Assembly (NCBI GenBank): GCA_016874715.1
Contig: VGTK01000010.1
Coordinates: 21,418 to 45,417 of the forward strand
From: Deltaproteobacteria bacterium
GTDB lineage: Bacteria; Desulfobacterota; Binatia; UBA12015
DNA length: 24,000 nt
Reading direction: 5' to 3'
In this document: in pieces, positions 6,333 through 15,579 of the stretch
Layout: the number at the start of each line of letters is the position of its first letter
How positions within the stretch are numbered: position 1 is the first letter of the stretch
Made by a program: the position numbers and the translations under genes
The notes under the pieces: generated by a model
Told to the model about the DNA's origin: nothing
Databases searched by the model: none
The model's input: only the letters and a program-made list of their open reading frames with translations

Positions 6333-7621
6333 CGGCGATCTCCGACCGGCCGCACGCGCGGTCCGAAGATCGCGGTGCCGAGCCGCACCAGCGTTGCGCC
6401 CTCGGCGATCGCCTCCGGGTAATCGTCGCTCATGCCCATCGACAGCTCCGTCAGGCGCTCGTAGCCCATGCCGCGCAGCTCGTCGACCTGCTGCCGCAGC
6501 GCCGCGAAGGTCCCCCGTGTCGCCGCCGCGTCGGCGTCGAGCGGTCCGATCGTCATCAGGCCGCGCGGCTCGAAGCCGGGGACGTCGGCGAGCCGACGCA
6601 CGTGCGCGAGCACGTCGTCGGGCGGAACTCCCGCCTTGCTCGGGTCGCGCGCGACGTTCACCTGCAGGAGGCCTGCGACCGGTCCGGAAGCCCGCTTCGC
6701 CAGCGCCGCGGCGACCTCCACGCGGTCGATCGCGTGGACGAGGTCGAAGGTGCGCACCGCGAGGGCGGCCTTGTTGGTCTGCAGCGGACCGATCAGATGC
6801 CAGCGCGCCGCGTCCGCGTTGCTTAGCGCCGCGACCTCGGCCCGCTTGCGCGCCCCCTCCTGGACGTAGTTCTCGCCGACGTCGGTGGCCCCGGCGGCGA
6901 TCGCCGCGTGCGCCAGCGCGGCGGGGTGGCCCTTCGTCACCGCGACGAGGCGGCACGACTCCGGCGGGCGTCCTGCCGCGACCGTGCGCGCCGCGACCTC
7001 GCCGCGCACCGCGCGCAGCCGGAGCGCCACCGCCTCGGGCGGCAGCGGGGACACCGGCTCGGAGATCCCGAGCCGCCGCGCCGACTCCAGGACGCCCTCG
7101 AGCGGCAACCCGATCACGCCGCTGACCGAACCCCGCACCGAATCGACGAAGCGCGCGGCCCCGCCCTGGATCGCGTAAGCGCCCGCCTTGTCGCGCGGCT
7201 CACCGGTCGCGACGTAGGCCCGGATCTCGCGTTCGCCGATCTTCCGGAAGCGCACCTCGCTGCGCGACAGGTCGTGGACCACCGCCTCGCCGCCGCGCGC
7301 CCAGGCGAAGCCCGTCAAGACCAGGTGCGGCGCCGCGTCGAGCCGCGACAGCATCCGCAACGCGTCCGCGTCGTCCGCGGGCTTGCCGAAGATGTCGTCT
7401 CCCTGCGCGACCACGGTGTCCGAGCCCAGCACCCACGCCTCGGGGTGCGCGCGGCTCAGGCGGATCGCCTTCTCGCGGGCGAGCCGGCGCACGTGGGTCT
7501 CCGGGTCCTCGTCGCCGAGGCGGCGCTCGTCGATCGCCGCGGGCAGGACGTCGAACGGCCACGTCACGCGGGCGAGGATCTCGGCACGCCGCGGCGACGC
7601 GGACGCGAGGATCACGCGCAT
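6329..7621 (-). CDS. Fusion protein: N-terminal Maf-like nucleoside-triphosphate pyrophosphatase plus C-terminal YggS/PLPBP-family PLP-binding protein
   Basis: One uninterrupted ORF of 430 aa starting at ATG 7621. The Maf part reads MRVILASASPRRAEIL...LGSDTVV...KAGAYAIQG...GLPL. The YggS part reads LVAVTKGHP...GENYVQEG...WHLIGPLQTNK...LSMGMSDDY. The start lies 1 nt after the mpl stop (TGAgATG). Confidence 0.85.
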   Translation of the reverse strand: MRVILASASPRRAEILARVTWPFDVLPAAIDERRLGDEDPETHVRRLAREKAIRLSRAHPEAWVLGSDTVVAQGDDIFGKPADDADALRMLSRLDAAPHLVLTGFAWARGGEAVVHDLSRSEVRFRKIGEREIRAYVATGEPRDKAGAYAIQGGAARFVDSVRGSVSGVIGLPLEGVLESARRLGISEPVSPLPPEAVALRLRAVRGEVAARTVAAGRPPESCRLVAVTKGHPAALAHAAIAAGATDVGENYVQEGARKRAEVAALSNADAARWHLIGPLQTNKAALAVRTFDLVHAIDRVEVAAALAKRASGPVAGLLQVNVARDPSKAGVPPDDVLAHVRRLADVPGFEPRGLMTIGPLDADAAATRGTFAALRQQVDELRGMGYERLTELSMGMSDDYPEAIAEGATLVRLGTAIFGPRVRPVGDRR

Positions 7622-7622
7622 C

Positions 7623-9035
7623 TCAGCGCTCGCGGAGGCTGGCTGCGAGGCGCGCCACCACCCCGCCGAAGGCACCGTTCGACAGCGCCACCACCACGTC
7701 ACCCGGCTCGGCCTCACGCTCGACCAGGTCCGCGACCGCCTCGTGCGTGTCGAGCGCGCACGCGGTCGCCGCCGTGCGCCCGGCGTCGCGCGCCGCTTCG
7801 TCGGGCGAGAAGCGCTCCGCCTCCGCGAGCTTGCCCTGCTCGTGCACCGGACCCACGATCACGCGGTCCGCCGCGCCGAGGGCCTCGCCGATCTCGCGCT
7901 GGAACGTGCGCCGTCGGCTCGTGTTCGAGCGCGGGTCGAACATCGCCCACACGCGGCGTCCGGGGTAACGACTCCGCACGGCAGCGATCGTCGCGGCGAT
8001 GGCGGTCGGGTGGTGCGCGAAGTCGTCGATCAGCGTGACCGGCTCCGCAACCAGCACCTGCTGGCGCCGCCGCACGCCGTGGAAGCCGGCGGCGGCGCGC
8101 CGGATCGCGTCTGCCTCGACGCCGAGCGCGCGGCAGATCGCCGTCACGCCGAGCACGTTGCGCGCGTTCATCGTCCCGAGGAGCGGCGTGGCGAGCGCGA
8201 TCTCCTCGCGCGGACCCGCGGCGACGAAGCGCAGCCCGTCCGGCGTGTCCTCGAGCCCGCGCACCGACCAGTCGGCGCCGCGTGCCGGGTCGTCGCTGAA
8301 GGTGAGGAACGGCTTGCCCGCACGCTTCGCGACGTCGACGGCGTGCGGGAAGTCGGCGCAGACGAGCAGCGGTGCGCCGGCGGGCAGCAGGCCGATCAGG
8401 CGCTCGAAGCTCTGCTTGACGTGGTCGAGATCGCGGTAGATGTCGGCGTGGTCGAACTCGACCGCGTTGAGTAGCAGGGCCTGCGGGCAGTAGTGGAAGA
8501 ACTTCGCCTCCTTGTCGAAGTACGCCGAGTCGTACTCGTCGCCCTCGAGCACGAACTCGCGGCCGGCACCGAGCGCGTAGCTCCGTGGCAGGTCGAGCGG
8601 CATGCCGCCGATGAACCAGCCCGGATCGCGGCCCGCCTCGCGCAGGACCGTCGCGCAGAAGGTCGCGGTCGTCGTCTTGCCGTGCGTCCCCGCGACGACG
8701 ACCGGAAGCCGCTCCGGCAGGCACAGCCACTCGAGCGCCTCGGGCAGCGAGATCGTCGGGATGCCCAGAAGACGCGCCGCGATCGCCTCGGGGTTCTTCG
8801 CCGGGATCGCGTTGCCCATCACGACGAGGTCGGGGCGCGGCTCGAGGTTCTCGGCGCGATAGCCCTTCGCGACCGGAACGCCGAGGCGCGCGAGCTCGTC
8901 GCTCGCCGGTGGATAGATCTCGAGGTCCGAGCCGCGCACGCGATGGCCCAGCTCGGCGAGCAGGCCCGCGAGCGCCGCCATGCCGACGCCGCCGATGGCG
9001 GTCATGTGGATCGAGCGCTGTGCCGCGATCTTCAA
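7623..9035 (-). CDS. mpl: UDP-N-acetylmuramate:L-alanyl-gamma-D-glutamyl-meso-diaminopimelate ligase (Mpl; MurC paralogue for murein peptide recycling)
   Basis: Mur ligase architecture: IHMTAIGGVGMAALA...VAGTHGKTTTA...EGDEYDSAYFDK...DDFAHHPTAI. The EYD..FFDK-type motif and the length (470 aa) fit Mpl better than MurC. The start is TTG 9035-9033, overlapping the upstream TGA. It must precede the IHMTAIGG strand, so ATG 9005 is too late. Confidence 0.8.
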   Translation of the reverse strand: MKIAAQRSIHMTAIGGVGMAALAGLLAELGHRVRGSDLEIYPPASDELARLGVPVAKGYRAENLEPRPDLVVMGNAIPAKNPEAIAARLLGIPTISLPEALEWLCLPERLPVVVAGTHGKTTTATFCATVLREAGRDPGWFIGGMPLDLPRSYALGAGREFVLEGDEYDSAYFDKEAKFFHYCPQALLLNAVEFDHADIYRDLDHVKQSFERLIGLLPAGAPLLVCADFPHAVDVAKRAGKPFLTFSDDPARGADWSVRGLEDTPDGLRFVAAGPREEIALATPLLGTMNARNVLGVTAICRALGVEADAIRRAAAGFHGVRRRQQVLVAEPVTLIDDFAHHPTAIAATIAAVRSRYPGRRVWAMFDPRSNTSRRRTFQREIGEALGAADRVIVGPVHEQGKLAEAERFSPDEAARDAGRTAATACALDTHEAVADLVEREAEPGDVVVALSNGAFGGVVARLAASLRER

Positions 9036-10213
9036 CGAACGGTCTCCATGACGAGATCGTGGATCCGGGGCCGGAACTCGACGAGCTTGTCGTTGTCGCG
9101 AGTCGGGTGCACGCGGTTGGTGAGCAGGATGACGTCGATGCCGCGCTCGAGGTCGAGCCACAGCGACACCCCGGTGAAGCCGAGGTGCCCGACGGTGTGC
9201 GGCGACATCATCGTCCCGGCCATCGAGCGCTGCGGCGACGGCGAGTCCCAGCCGAGCGTGCGCGTCGATCCCGGAACGCTGGTGTCGCGCGTCCACATCT
9301 GGTCGACGAGATCCTTCGGAAGGATCCCCGGAGCGCCGCCCGCGATCGCCCTGAGGTGGTTCGCGATGGTCTCGACGTCACGGGCGGTGCCGAAGAGCCC
9401 GGCGTGTCCCGCGACGCCGCCCATCGCGTATGCGTTCTCGTCATCGACCTCGCCGCACAGGACGCGCTTGCGCCAGGGGCAGCGCTGCGTCGGCGCGATC
9501 ATGTCGCGGATCGGCTCGACGCGCTTCTGCCGGAGCTGCGAGAGGTCGACGAACGCCGTCGACGACAGCCCCAGCGGCGCGAAGATGCGGGCGTGGCAGA
9601 AGCGGTCGAGCGTCTGCCCCGACACGCCCTCGACGACCTGACCGAGCACCATGAAGCCGAGATCGCTGTAGGCGACGCGCGTACCGGGCGGCGCCTCGAG
9701 CTTCTCGCGATGCACCTGCTCGTAGACCCACTCCTTCGCCTCGCGGCTCGCGACGAAGTTCGGCCGGCCGCGCTTCTCGAGCGCGGCGACCTCCTTGAAG
9801 TACGGTCGGTGCGCGGCGAGCCCCGAGGAGTGCGTCAGCAGGTGGCGGAACGTGACGTGCGTCTTCCCGTGCACGCCGAAGTTGTGGAAGAAGCGCGTCA
9901 CGCGGTCGTCGAGGGCGAGCCGCTTCGCGCGCACCAGCATCATCACCGCGAGCGTCGTGGCGAGTGGCTTGGTGAGGGACGAGAGATCGAACACGACCTC
10001 GGGCCGCATCGGCATGCGCTCGGCCTCGCTCGACGTCGGTGTCGGGTCCGCGGACCTCGCGGGAGGAGCCGGCGGCCGCGCTTCGTTCGACCGGCTGCCC
10101 ACCGCGCGCTCGAGCAGCGTCTCGCCGTTGCGGCTCACGAGAAGGACGGCACCGGGAAAGACGCCGCGCTGCGCGGCTTCCTCGAGCGCGCGCTCGACTG
10201 CCGAGAAGTCCAT
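9032..10213 (-). CDS. Beta-lactamase-fold serine hydrolase (class C / PBP4*-like family), no signal peptide
   Basis: A 393-aa protein from ATG 10213 (MDFSAVERALEEAAQRGVFPGAVLLV...). It has an SxxK motif (SSLTK), a YSD (YxN-type) motif and a late HLGFTG (KTG-position) motif. The N-terminus is not hydrophobic, so it is probably cytoplasmic. The upstream 168 codons of the track ORF are off-frame overlap with ldcA. Confidence 0.8.
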   Translation of the reverse strand: MDFSAVERALEEAAQRGVFPGAVLLVSRNGETLLERAVGSRSNEARPPAPPARSADPTPTSSEAERMPMRPEVVFDLSSLTKPLATTLAVMMLVRAKRLALDDRVTRFFHNFGVHGKTHVTFRHLLTHSSGLAAHRPYFKEVAALEKRGRPNFVASREAKEWVYEQVHREKLEAPPGTRVAYSDLGFMVLGQVVEGVSGQTLDRFCHARIFAPLGLSSTAFVDLSQLRQKRVEPIRDMIAPTQRCPWRKRVLCGEVDDENAYAMGGVAGHAGLFGTARDVETIANHLRAIAGGAPGILPKDLVDQMWTRDTSVPGSTRTLGWDSPSPQRSMAGTMMSPHTVGHLGFTGVSLWLDLERGIDVILLTNRVHPTRDNDKLVEFRPRIHDLVMETVR

Positions 10214-10214
10214 C

Positions 10215-11150
10215 TCAGGCCACCAGCGGCTCGAGGCCTTGCAGCACGCCCCCTTCGACGCCGGCGGAGCCACCGGCTTCGATGCGCAGACGCGCCGCGA
10301 CACCGAGCGGCACCGCGTAGTGCACCGGTCCGTGGCCGACCGGGGCGCCGAAGCCGATCGGCACGCCGAGCCCGCCGAGGCAGTCGGCGATCGCGTCGCA
10401 GAGATCGTCGGCCGGGCCGCAGTCGGGCAGCGAGCCGAAGAGGATGCCGCGCACGTCGTCGAGCACCCGCGACTGCCGGAGCTGCACCAGCATGCGGTCG
10501 ATCCGCCGCAGCGGCCTCTCGGCGACGTCCTCGAGCAGCGCGATGCCGCCGGCGAAGCGCGGCTCGAGCGGCGTACCGGCGAGCGACGCGAGCACCGTGA
10601 GACAGCCGCCGTAGACCGGCCCCTCGGCCGTGCCGGCGACGATCGTGCGCGGGACGGGTACGCGCCACGCCGCCGAGCCGCCGAGAATCTCGAGGAGATG
10701 GTCGACCGTTCCGGCATCGCGCTGGGCGACGAGGTCCATCGCGACCATGGGGCCGTGCAGGGCCGCGACCCGCGCGTGCTGCACCATCAGCTGCAGAAGC
10801 GCCGTCGCGTCGCTGAAGCCGATGCACAGCTTCGCGTGCCGGCGGAGCCACGCCGGCTCGATCTCCGGCAGGAAGCGCGCAATGCCGTAGCCGCCGCGGG
10901 CGCACCAGACGGCCCGCACCTCCGGATCGGCGAACGCAGCGAGGAGCTGTGCGCGGCGCTGGTCGTCGCGCGCCGCGAAGATGCGCCACGACGCGGCAGG
11001 CTCGGGCAGGGACACGCGGAAGCCCAGCTCTTCGAGCAGCGCCGCGCCACGGGCGAGGCGGTCGGCATCGACGGGCCCCGACGGTGTGACGACGGCCACC
11101 CGGTCGCCCGGGCGCAACGCCGCCGGCCTGATCAGCCTCGCTGCATCCAT
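10215..11150 (-). CDS. ldcA: LD-carboxypeptidase (peptidase S66, muramoyltetrapeptide carboxypeptidase)
   Basis: A 311-aa protein: GDRVAVVTPSGP...ARGGYG...GFSDATAL (nucleophile Ser)...E...GHG. This is the typical S66 Ser-His-Glu arrangement. It is the first gene of the operon and starts at ATG 11150. Confidence 0.85.
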   Translation of the reverse strand: MDAARLIRPAALRPGDRVAVVTPSGPVDADRLARGAALLEELGFRVSLPEPAASWRIFAARDDQRRAQLLAAFADPEVRAVWCARGGYGIARFLPEIEPAWLRRHAKLCIGFSDATALLQLMVQHARVAALHGPMVAMDLVAQRDAGTVDHLLEILGGSAAWRVPVPRTIVAGTAEGPVYGGCLTVLASLAGTPLEPRFAGGIALLEDVAERPLRRIDRMLVQLRQSRVLDDVRGILFGSLPDCGPADDLCDAIADCLGGLGVPIGFGAPVGHGPVHYAVPLGVAARLRIEAGGSAGVEGGVLQGLEPLVA

Positions 11151-11320
11151 GCCCCGTCTACCCCACCGCTCGAAGGTCGCGCTGCAGCGCTAGACAACAC
11201 ACCGACGTTGCGTAGTCGAGGCCGCCGGCCCGAGCGGTTGAAATGCCGCCGCTGCGTGGTAGTCCGAGCGCGGGCGTCGTGCGTCGCGATCGGTGACCGC
11301 CCGCGTCCCGCCCCGTTTCC

Positions 11321-11608
11321 GTGCGGATGTCATCACAGCAGCTGTCGAGCCTCGGGCGAACGATCGTCGACGCGCTCGTGCGTGCAGACCTGGTCACCCT
11401 CGCGGGACCGGCCGACACCGCGGCAAAGGCGATCGCGGACGAGGTCGACGCCTACCAGAAGGCGGCGGCGAAGCTCGGGGCCGACGCCGAGCGCCTGGCC
11501 GACGACCACCTGCGCCAGCTGCGCGCCGGCAGCGCCGGCATCGACCGCCACCGGGTCGTCCAGATGATCCGTACCAAGCTCGCTGAGGAGCGGGGCCTCC
11601 CCGTCTGA
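11321..11608 (+). CDS. DUF507-family protein (paralogue 1)
   Basis: A 95-aa helical protein whose C-terminus ...IDRHRVVQMIRTKLAEERGLPV matches my memory of DUF507 proteins. It is paired with a second DUF507 gene 2 nt downstream. The start is GTG 11321, with ATG 11327 as an alternative. Confidence 0.6.
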   Translation: MRMSSQQLSSLGRTIVDALVRADLVTLAGPADTAAKAIADEVDAYQKAAAKLGADAERLADDHLRQLRAGSAGIDRHRVVQMIRTKLAEERGLPV

Positions 11609-11610
11609 CC

Positions 11611-11880
11611 ATGCGCCTCAGCGAGTCCCTTTCGTCCTACCTCGCCCACCGGGCGATCGAAGCGCTCCGCAAGTCGGGAGCTGCGATCCGCAACGACCGC
11701 CTGGCCCTGGCCGAAGTCAAGAAGGCCCTGGCCCGGGCGCTCGACCGCGACCCGCGAATCGACGAGGCCGTCGCACGGCGCATCGCGTCGTTGAGTCGAC
11801 CGGTCCCCGTCGGCAGCGCGGAGTACGAGGTCCTTCACCGCCAGTACTACGAGCAGGAGATCGCCAAGAACCGTCGTTGA
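11611..11880 (+). CDS. DUF507-family protein (paralogue 2)
   Basis: An 89-aa protein: MRLSESLSSYLAHRAIEAL...RIDEAVARRIASLSRPVPVGSAEYEVLHRQYYEQEIAKNRR. This matches the DUF507 pattern as I recall it (MxLSxxxxxHLA... and a C-terminal GSxEWDxLYxKYYEEE-like motif). Confidence 0.65.
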   Translation: MRLSESLSSYLAHRAIEALRKSGAAIRNDRLALAEVKKALARALDRDPRIDEAVARRIASLSRPVPVGSAEYEVLHRQYYEQEIAKNRR

Positions 11881-11899
11881 AGAAGCGCCGGTCGGTCTC

Positions 11900-11928
11900 T
11901 TGACACTGATTCGGTCGTGGTTACTTCC
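11900..11928 (+). promoter_or_regulatory. Candidate groESL promoter (TTGACA -35 with a weak -10)
   Basis: TTGACA lies at 11900-11905, followed by a 16-17 nt spacer and then TACTTC/ACTTCC. The context cTCTTGACA...GTTACTT loosely resembles sigma-32-type CTTGA...CyTATnT. No CIRCE element is present. The -10 match is poor. Confidence 0.25.
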
Positions 11929-12033
11929 GCTGCCGTCTTGGTAGGGTCCGCGCGACCCGCCCGGGGCGAGCCTCGACCACTACCGAGCAAGATCTGATTC
12001 CTCGCGAATCACGTTGAAAGGAGAGGGAACTAG

Positions 12034-12321
12034 ATGAAGATCCGACCGTTGCAGGACCGCGTCATCGTCAAGCGGGTCGCGGAGGAGGAGAAGTCGAAGG
12101 GCGGCATCATCATCCCCGACACGGCGAAGGAAAAGCCGCAAGAGGGGAAGGTCATCGCAGCCGGCAAGGGCAAGGTCGGGGACGACGGCAAGATTCGCCC
12201 GCTCGACGTCAAGGCCGGCGACCGCATCCTCTTCGGCAAGTACTCCGGAACCGAGATCAAGATCGACGGCGAGGAGCACCTGATCCTGCGCGAGGACGAC
12301 ATCCTCGGCGTCCTCGAGTGA
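12034..12321 (+). CDS. groES: Co-chaperonin GroES (Cpn10)
   Basis: [44 protein letters not shown]...[12 protein letters not shown]...ILGVLE is unmistakably GroES. An AAAGGAGAGGG Shine-Dalgarno sequence lies upstream. Confidence 0.98.
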   Translation: MKIRPLQDRVIVKRVAEEEKSKGGIIIPDTAKEKPQEGKVIAAGKGKVGDDGKIRPLDVKAGDRILFGKYSGTEIKIDGEEHLILREDDILGVLE

Positions 12322-12368
12322 CGTCGGACCGATACCGTCTCCCGACAGCGCGTCATCAGATTAAATAG

Positions 12369-14045
<1,677 letters not shown>

Positions 14046-14068
14046 GCCGTCCCGCCCCGACGGGCTGG

Positions 14069-14105
14069 AGAGGGCGTGGGGAAACCCACGCCCTCTTTCC
14101 GTTTG
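14069..14105 (+). terminator. Rho-independent terminator after groEL
   Basis: A perfect 12-bp stem, agagggcgtggg (14069-14080) paired with cccacgccctct (14085-14096), has a GAAA loop and is followed by the T-rich tract ttccgtttg. Confidence 0.8.
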
Positions 14106-14134
14106 CAGATCCGGCGCGTTCGCAGGTCCGGCGA

Positions 14135-14163
14135 TTGACTTCCGATCGGGTGCTTACTAGGGT
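14135..14163 (+). promoter_or_regulatory. Candidate sigma-70-type promoter for the ffh operon
   Basis: TTGACT (14135-14140), a 17-nt spacer, then TAGGGT (14158-14163, of TAnnnT form). It lies about 70 nt upstream of the ffh ATG and directly after the groEL terminator. Confidence 0.4.
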
Positions 14164-14232
14164 CAGGCCACCCCGCAATCCTGATCCCACGGTACTTTTC
14201 CGCGACCTGCCCGGGCTCCTCGCGGTCATTCC

Positions 14233-15579
14233 ATGTTCGACTCACTATCCGACAAGCTCGAAGGCGTCTTCCGGCGGATCCGTGGAACCGGGAAGCTGAC
14301 CGAGGCCAACATCGAGGAGGCGATGCGCGACGTGCGCCTGGCGCTGCTCGAGGCCGATGTCCACTTCCAGGTCACCAAGTCCTTCATCGAGAAGGTTCGC
14401 GAGCGCGCGCTCGGACAGGAGGTCCTGCGCAGCCTCTCGCCCGAGCAGCACCTCATCAAGATCGTCCACCAGGAGCTCGTGGGCGTCATGGGCGGCGCGG
14501 CCGGCAAGCTCGACCTCTCGGGCGACGTGCCGGCGGTGGTCATGCTCGTCGGGCTCCAGGGCTCCGGCAAGACGACCACGGCGGCGAAGCTCGCGAAGCA
14601 CCTGATCGAGGCGCGAAAGCGCAGGCCGTACCTGGTCCCGCTCGACCTCTCCCGTCCGGCCGCGATCCAGCAGCTGAAGACGCTGGCGAGCCAGGTCGGA
14701 AGCGGCTGCGCCGTGCACGATACGCCCGAGCAGGGCGGCGACCCGGTGCGGATCGCGCGCGACGCGATCACGAAGGCGCGCAACGCGGGCTTCGAGACCG
14801 TGATCCTCGACACCGCCGGCCGGCTCGCGATCGACGAGCGTCTGATGGGCGAGCTGCGCGCCGTCCGCGACGCAGTCAAGCCGCGCCAGACGATCTTCGT
14901 CGCCGACGCGATGACCGGTCAGGACGCGGTCGCGGTCGCGTCCGGGTTCCGCGACGGCGTCGGCATCGATGGCGTCGTGCTGTCCAAGATGGAGGGCGAC
15001 GCCCGCGGCGGCGCTGCCCTGTCGATCTTTGCCACGGTGCAGAAGCCGCTGCTCTTCGTGGGTGTCGGCGAGAAGCTCGACGCGCTCGAGATCTTCCACC
15101 CGGACCGGGTCGCTTCGCGAATCCTCGGCATGGGCGACATGCTGTCGCTCATCGAGAAGGCCCAGTCGGCCTACGACCAGAAGCAGGCCGAGCAGCTCCA
15201 GGCGAAGCTCAAGAAGGATACGTTCACACTCGAGGACTTCCGCGACCAGCTGCGCACGGTCAAGAAGATGGGGTCGGTCGCCGACCTGATCGGCATGATC
15301 CCGGGCATGAAGCGCTTCGCCGGCGGCAACGAGCTGGCGGGCGCCGACGACGAGCTCAAGCGCATCGAGGCGATCATCAACTCGATGACCAGGCAGGAGC
15401 GCCGCGATCACCTGATCCTCAACGGCAGCCGCCGCAAGCGCATCGCCATCGGCAGCGGGACCAGCGTCGCCGAGGTGAACAAGTTCCTCAAGCAGTACCA
15501 GCAGGCGAAGAAGATGATGAAGTCCTTGAGTCGGGGCGCCGGCAAGGGGCTTCTTGCCCAGCTGCAGGGCGGGCGTTAA
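14233..15579 (+). CDS. ffh: Signal recognition particle protein Ffh
   Basis: MFDSLSDKLEGVFRRIRG...GLQGSGKTTTAAKLA...DTAGRL...DARGGAALS..., followed by a Met-rich M domain (GMIPGM...). Confidence 0.98.
   Translation: MFDSLSDKLEGVFRRIRGTGKLTEANIEEAMRDVRLALLEADVHFQVTKSFIEKVRERALGQEVLRSLSPEQHLIKIVHQELVGVMGGAAGKLDLSGDVPAVVMLVGLQGSGKTTTAAKLAKHLIEARKRRPYLVPLDLSRPAAIQQLKTLASQVGSGCAVHDTPEQGGDPVRIARDAITKARNAGFETVILDTAGRLAIDERLMGELRAVRDAVKPRQTIFVADAMTGQDAVAVASGFRDGVGIDGVVLSKMEGDARGGAALSIFATVQKPLLFVGVGEKLDALEIFHPDRVASRILGMGDMLSLIEKAQSAYDQKQAEQLQAKLKKDTFTLEDFRDQLRTVKKMGSVADLIGMIPGMKRFAGGNELAGADDELKRIEAIINSMTRQERRDHLILNGSRRKRIAIGSGTSVAEVNKFLKQYQQAKKMMKSLSRGAGKGLLAQLQGGR

Noticed and set aside
5529-6956. 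A 475-aa version of proC, and similar N-terminal extensions of ORFs 7623..9296, 9032..10717, 1760..3091, 2761..4044 and 18911..19957
   Set aside because: The extensions are Arg/Ala/Pro-rich, overlap the upstream gene and add no conserved residues. Homology begins at internal ATG, GTG or TTG codons located at the upstream stop.
5572-7125. Long plus-strand ORFs opposite minus-strand genes: 5067..6422, 5572..7125, 6908..8038, 7383..8474, 8493..9641, 8909..10600, 9795..11567, 19887..21098, 20870..22132, 22153..23049 and 22812..23795
   Set aside because: All are antisense to genes with clear homology. All have the extreme Arg/Ala/Pro/Asp bias of non-coding high-GC frames, and none shows a recognisable domain motif.
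11881-12033. CIRCE/HrcA operator upstream of groES
   Set aside because: No sequence approximates TTAGCACTC-N9-GAGTGCTAA on either strand, so no CIRCE element was called.
14106-14232. Possible SRP (4.5S) RNA gene next to ffh, because of a caggtccgg-like string
   Set aside because: The match is short and only superficial. The conserved helix-8 motifs and the long hairpin architecture are absent, and the region is better explained as the ffh promoter and 5' UTR.
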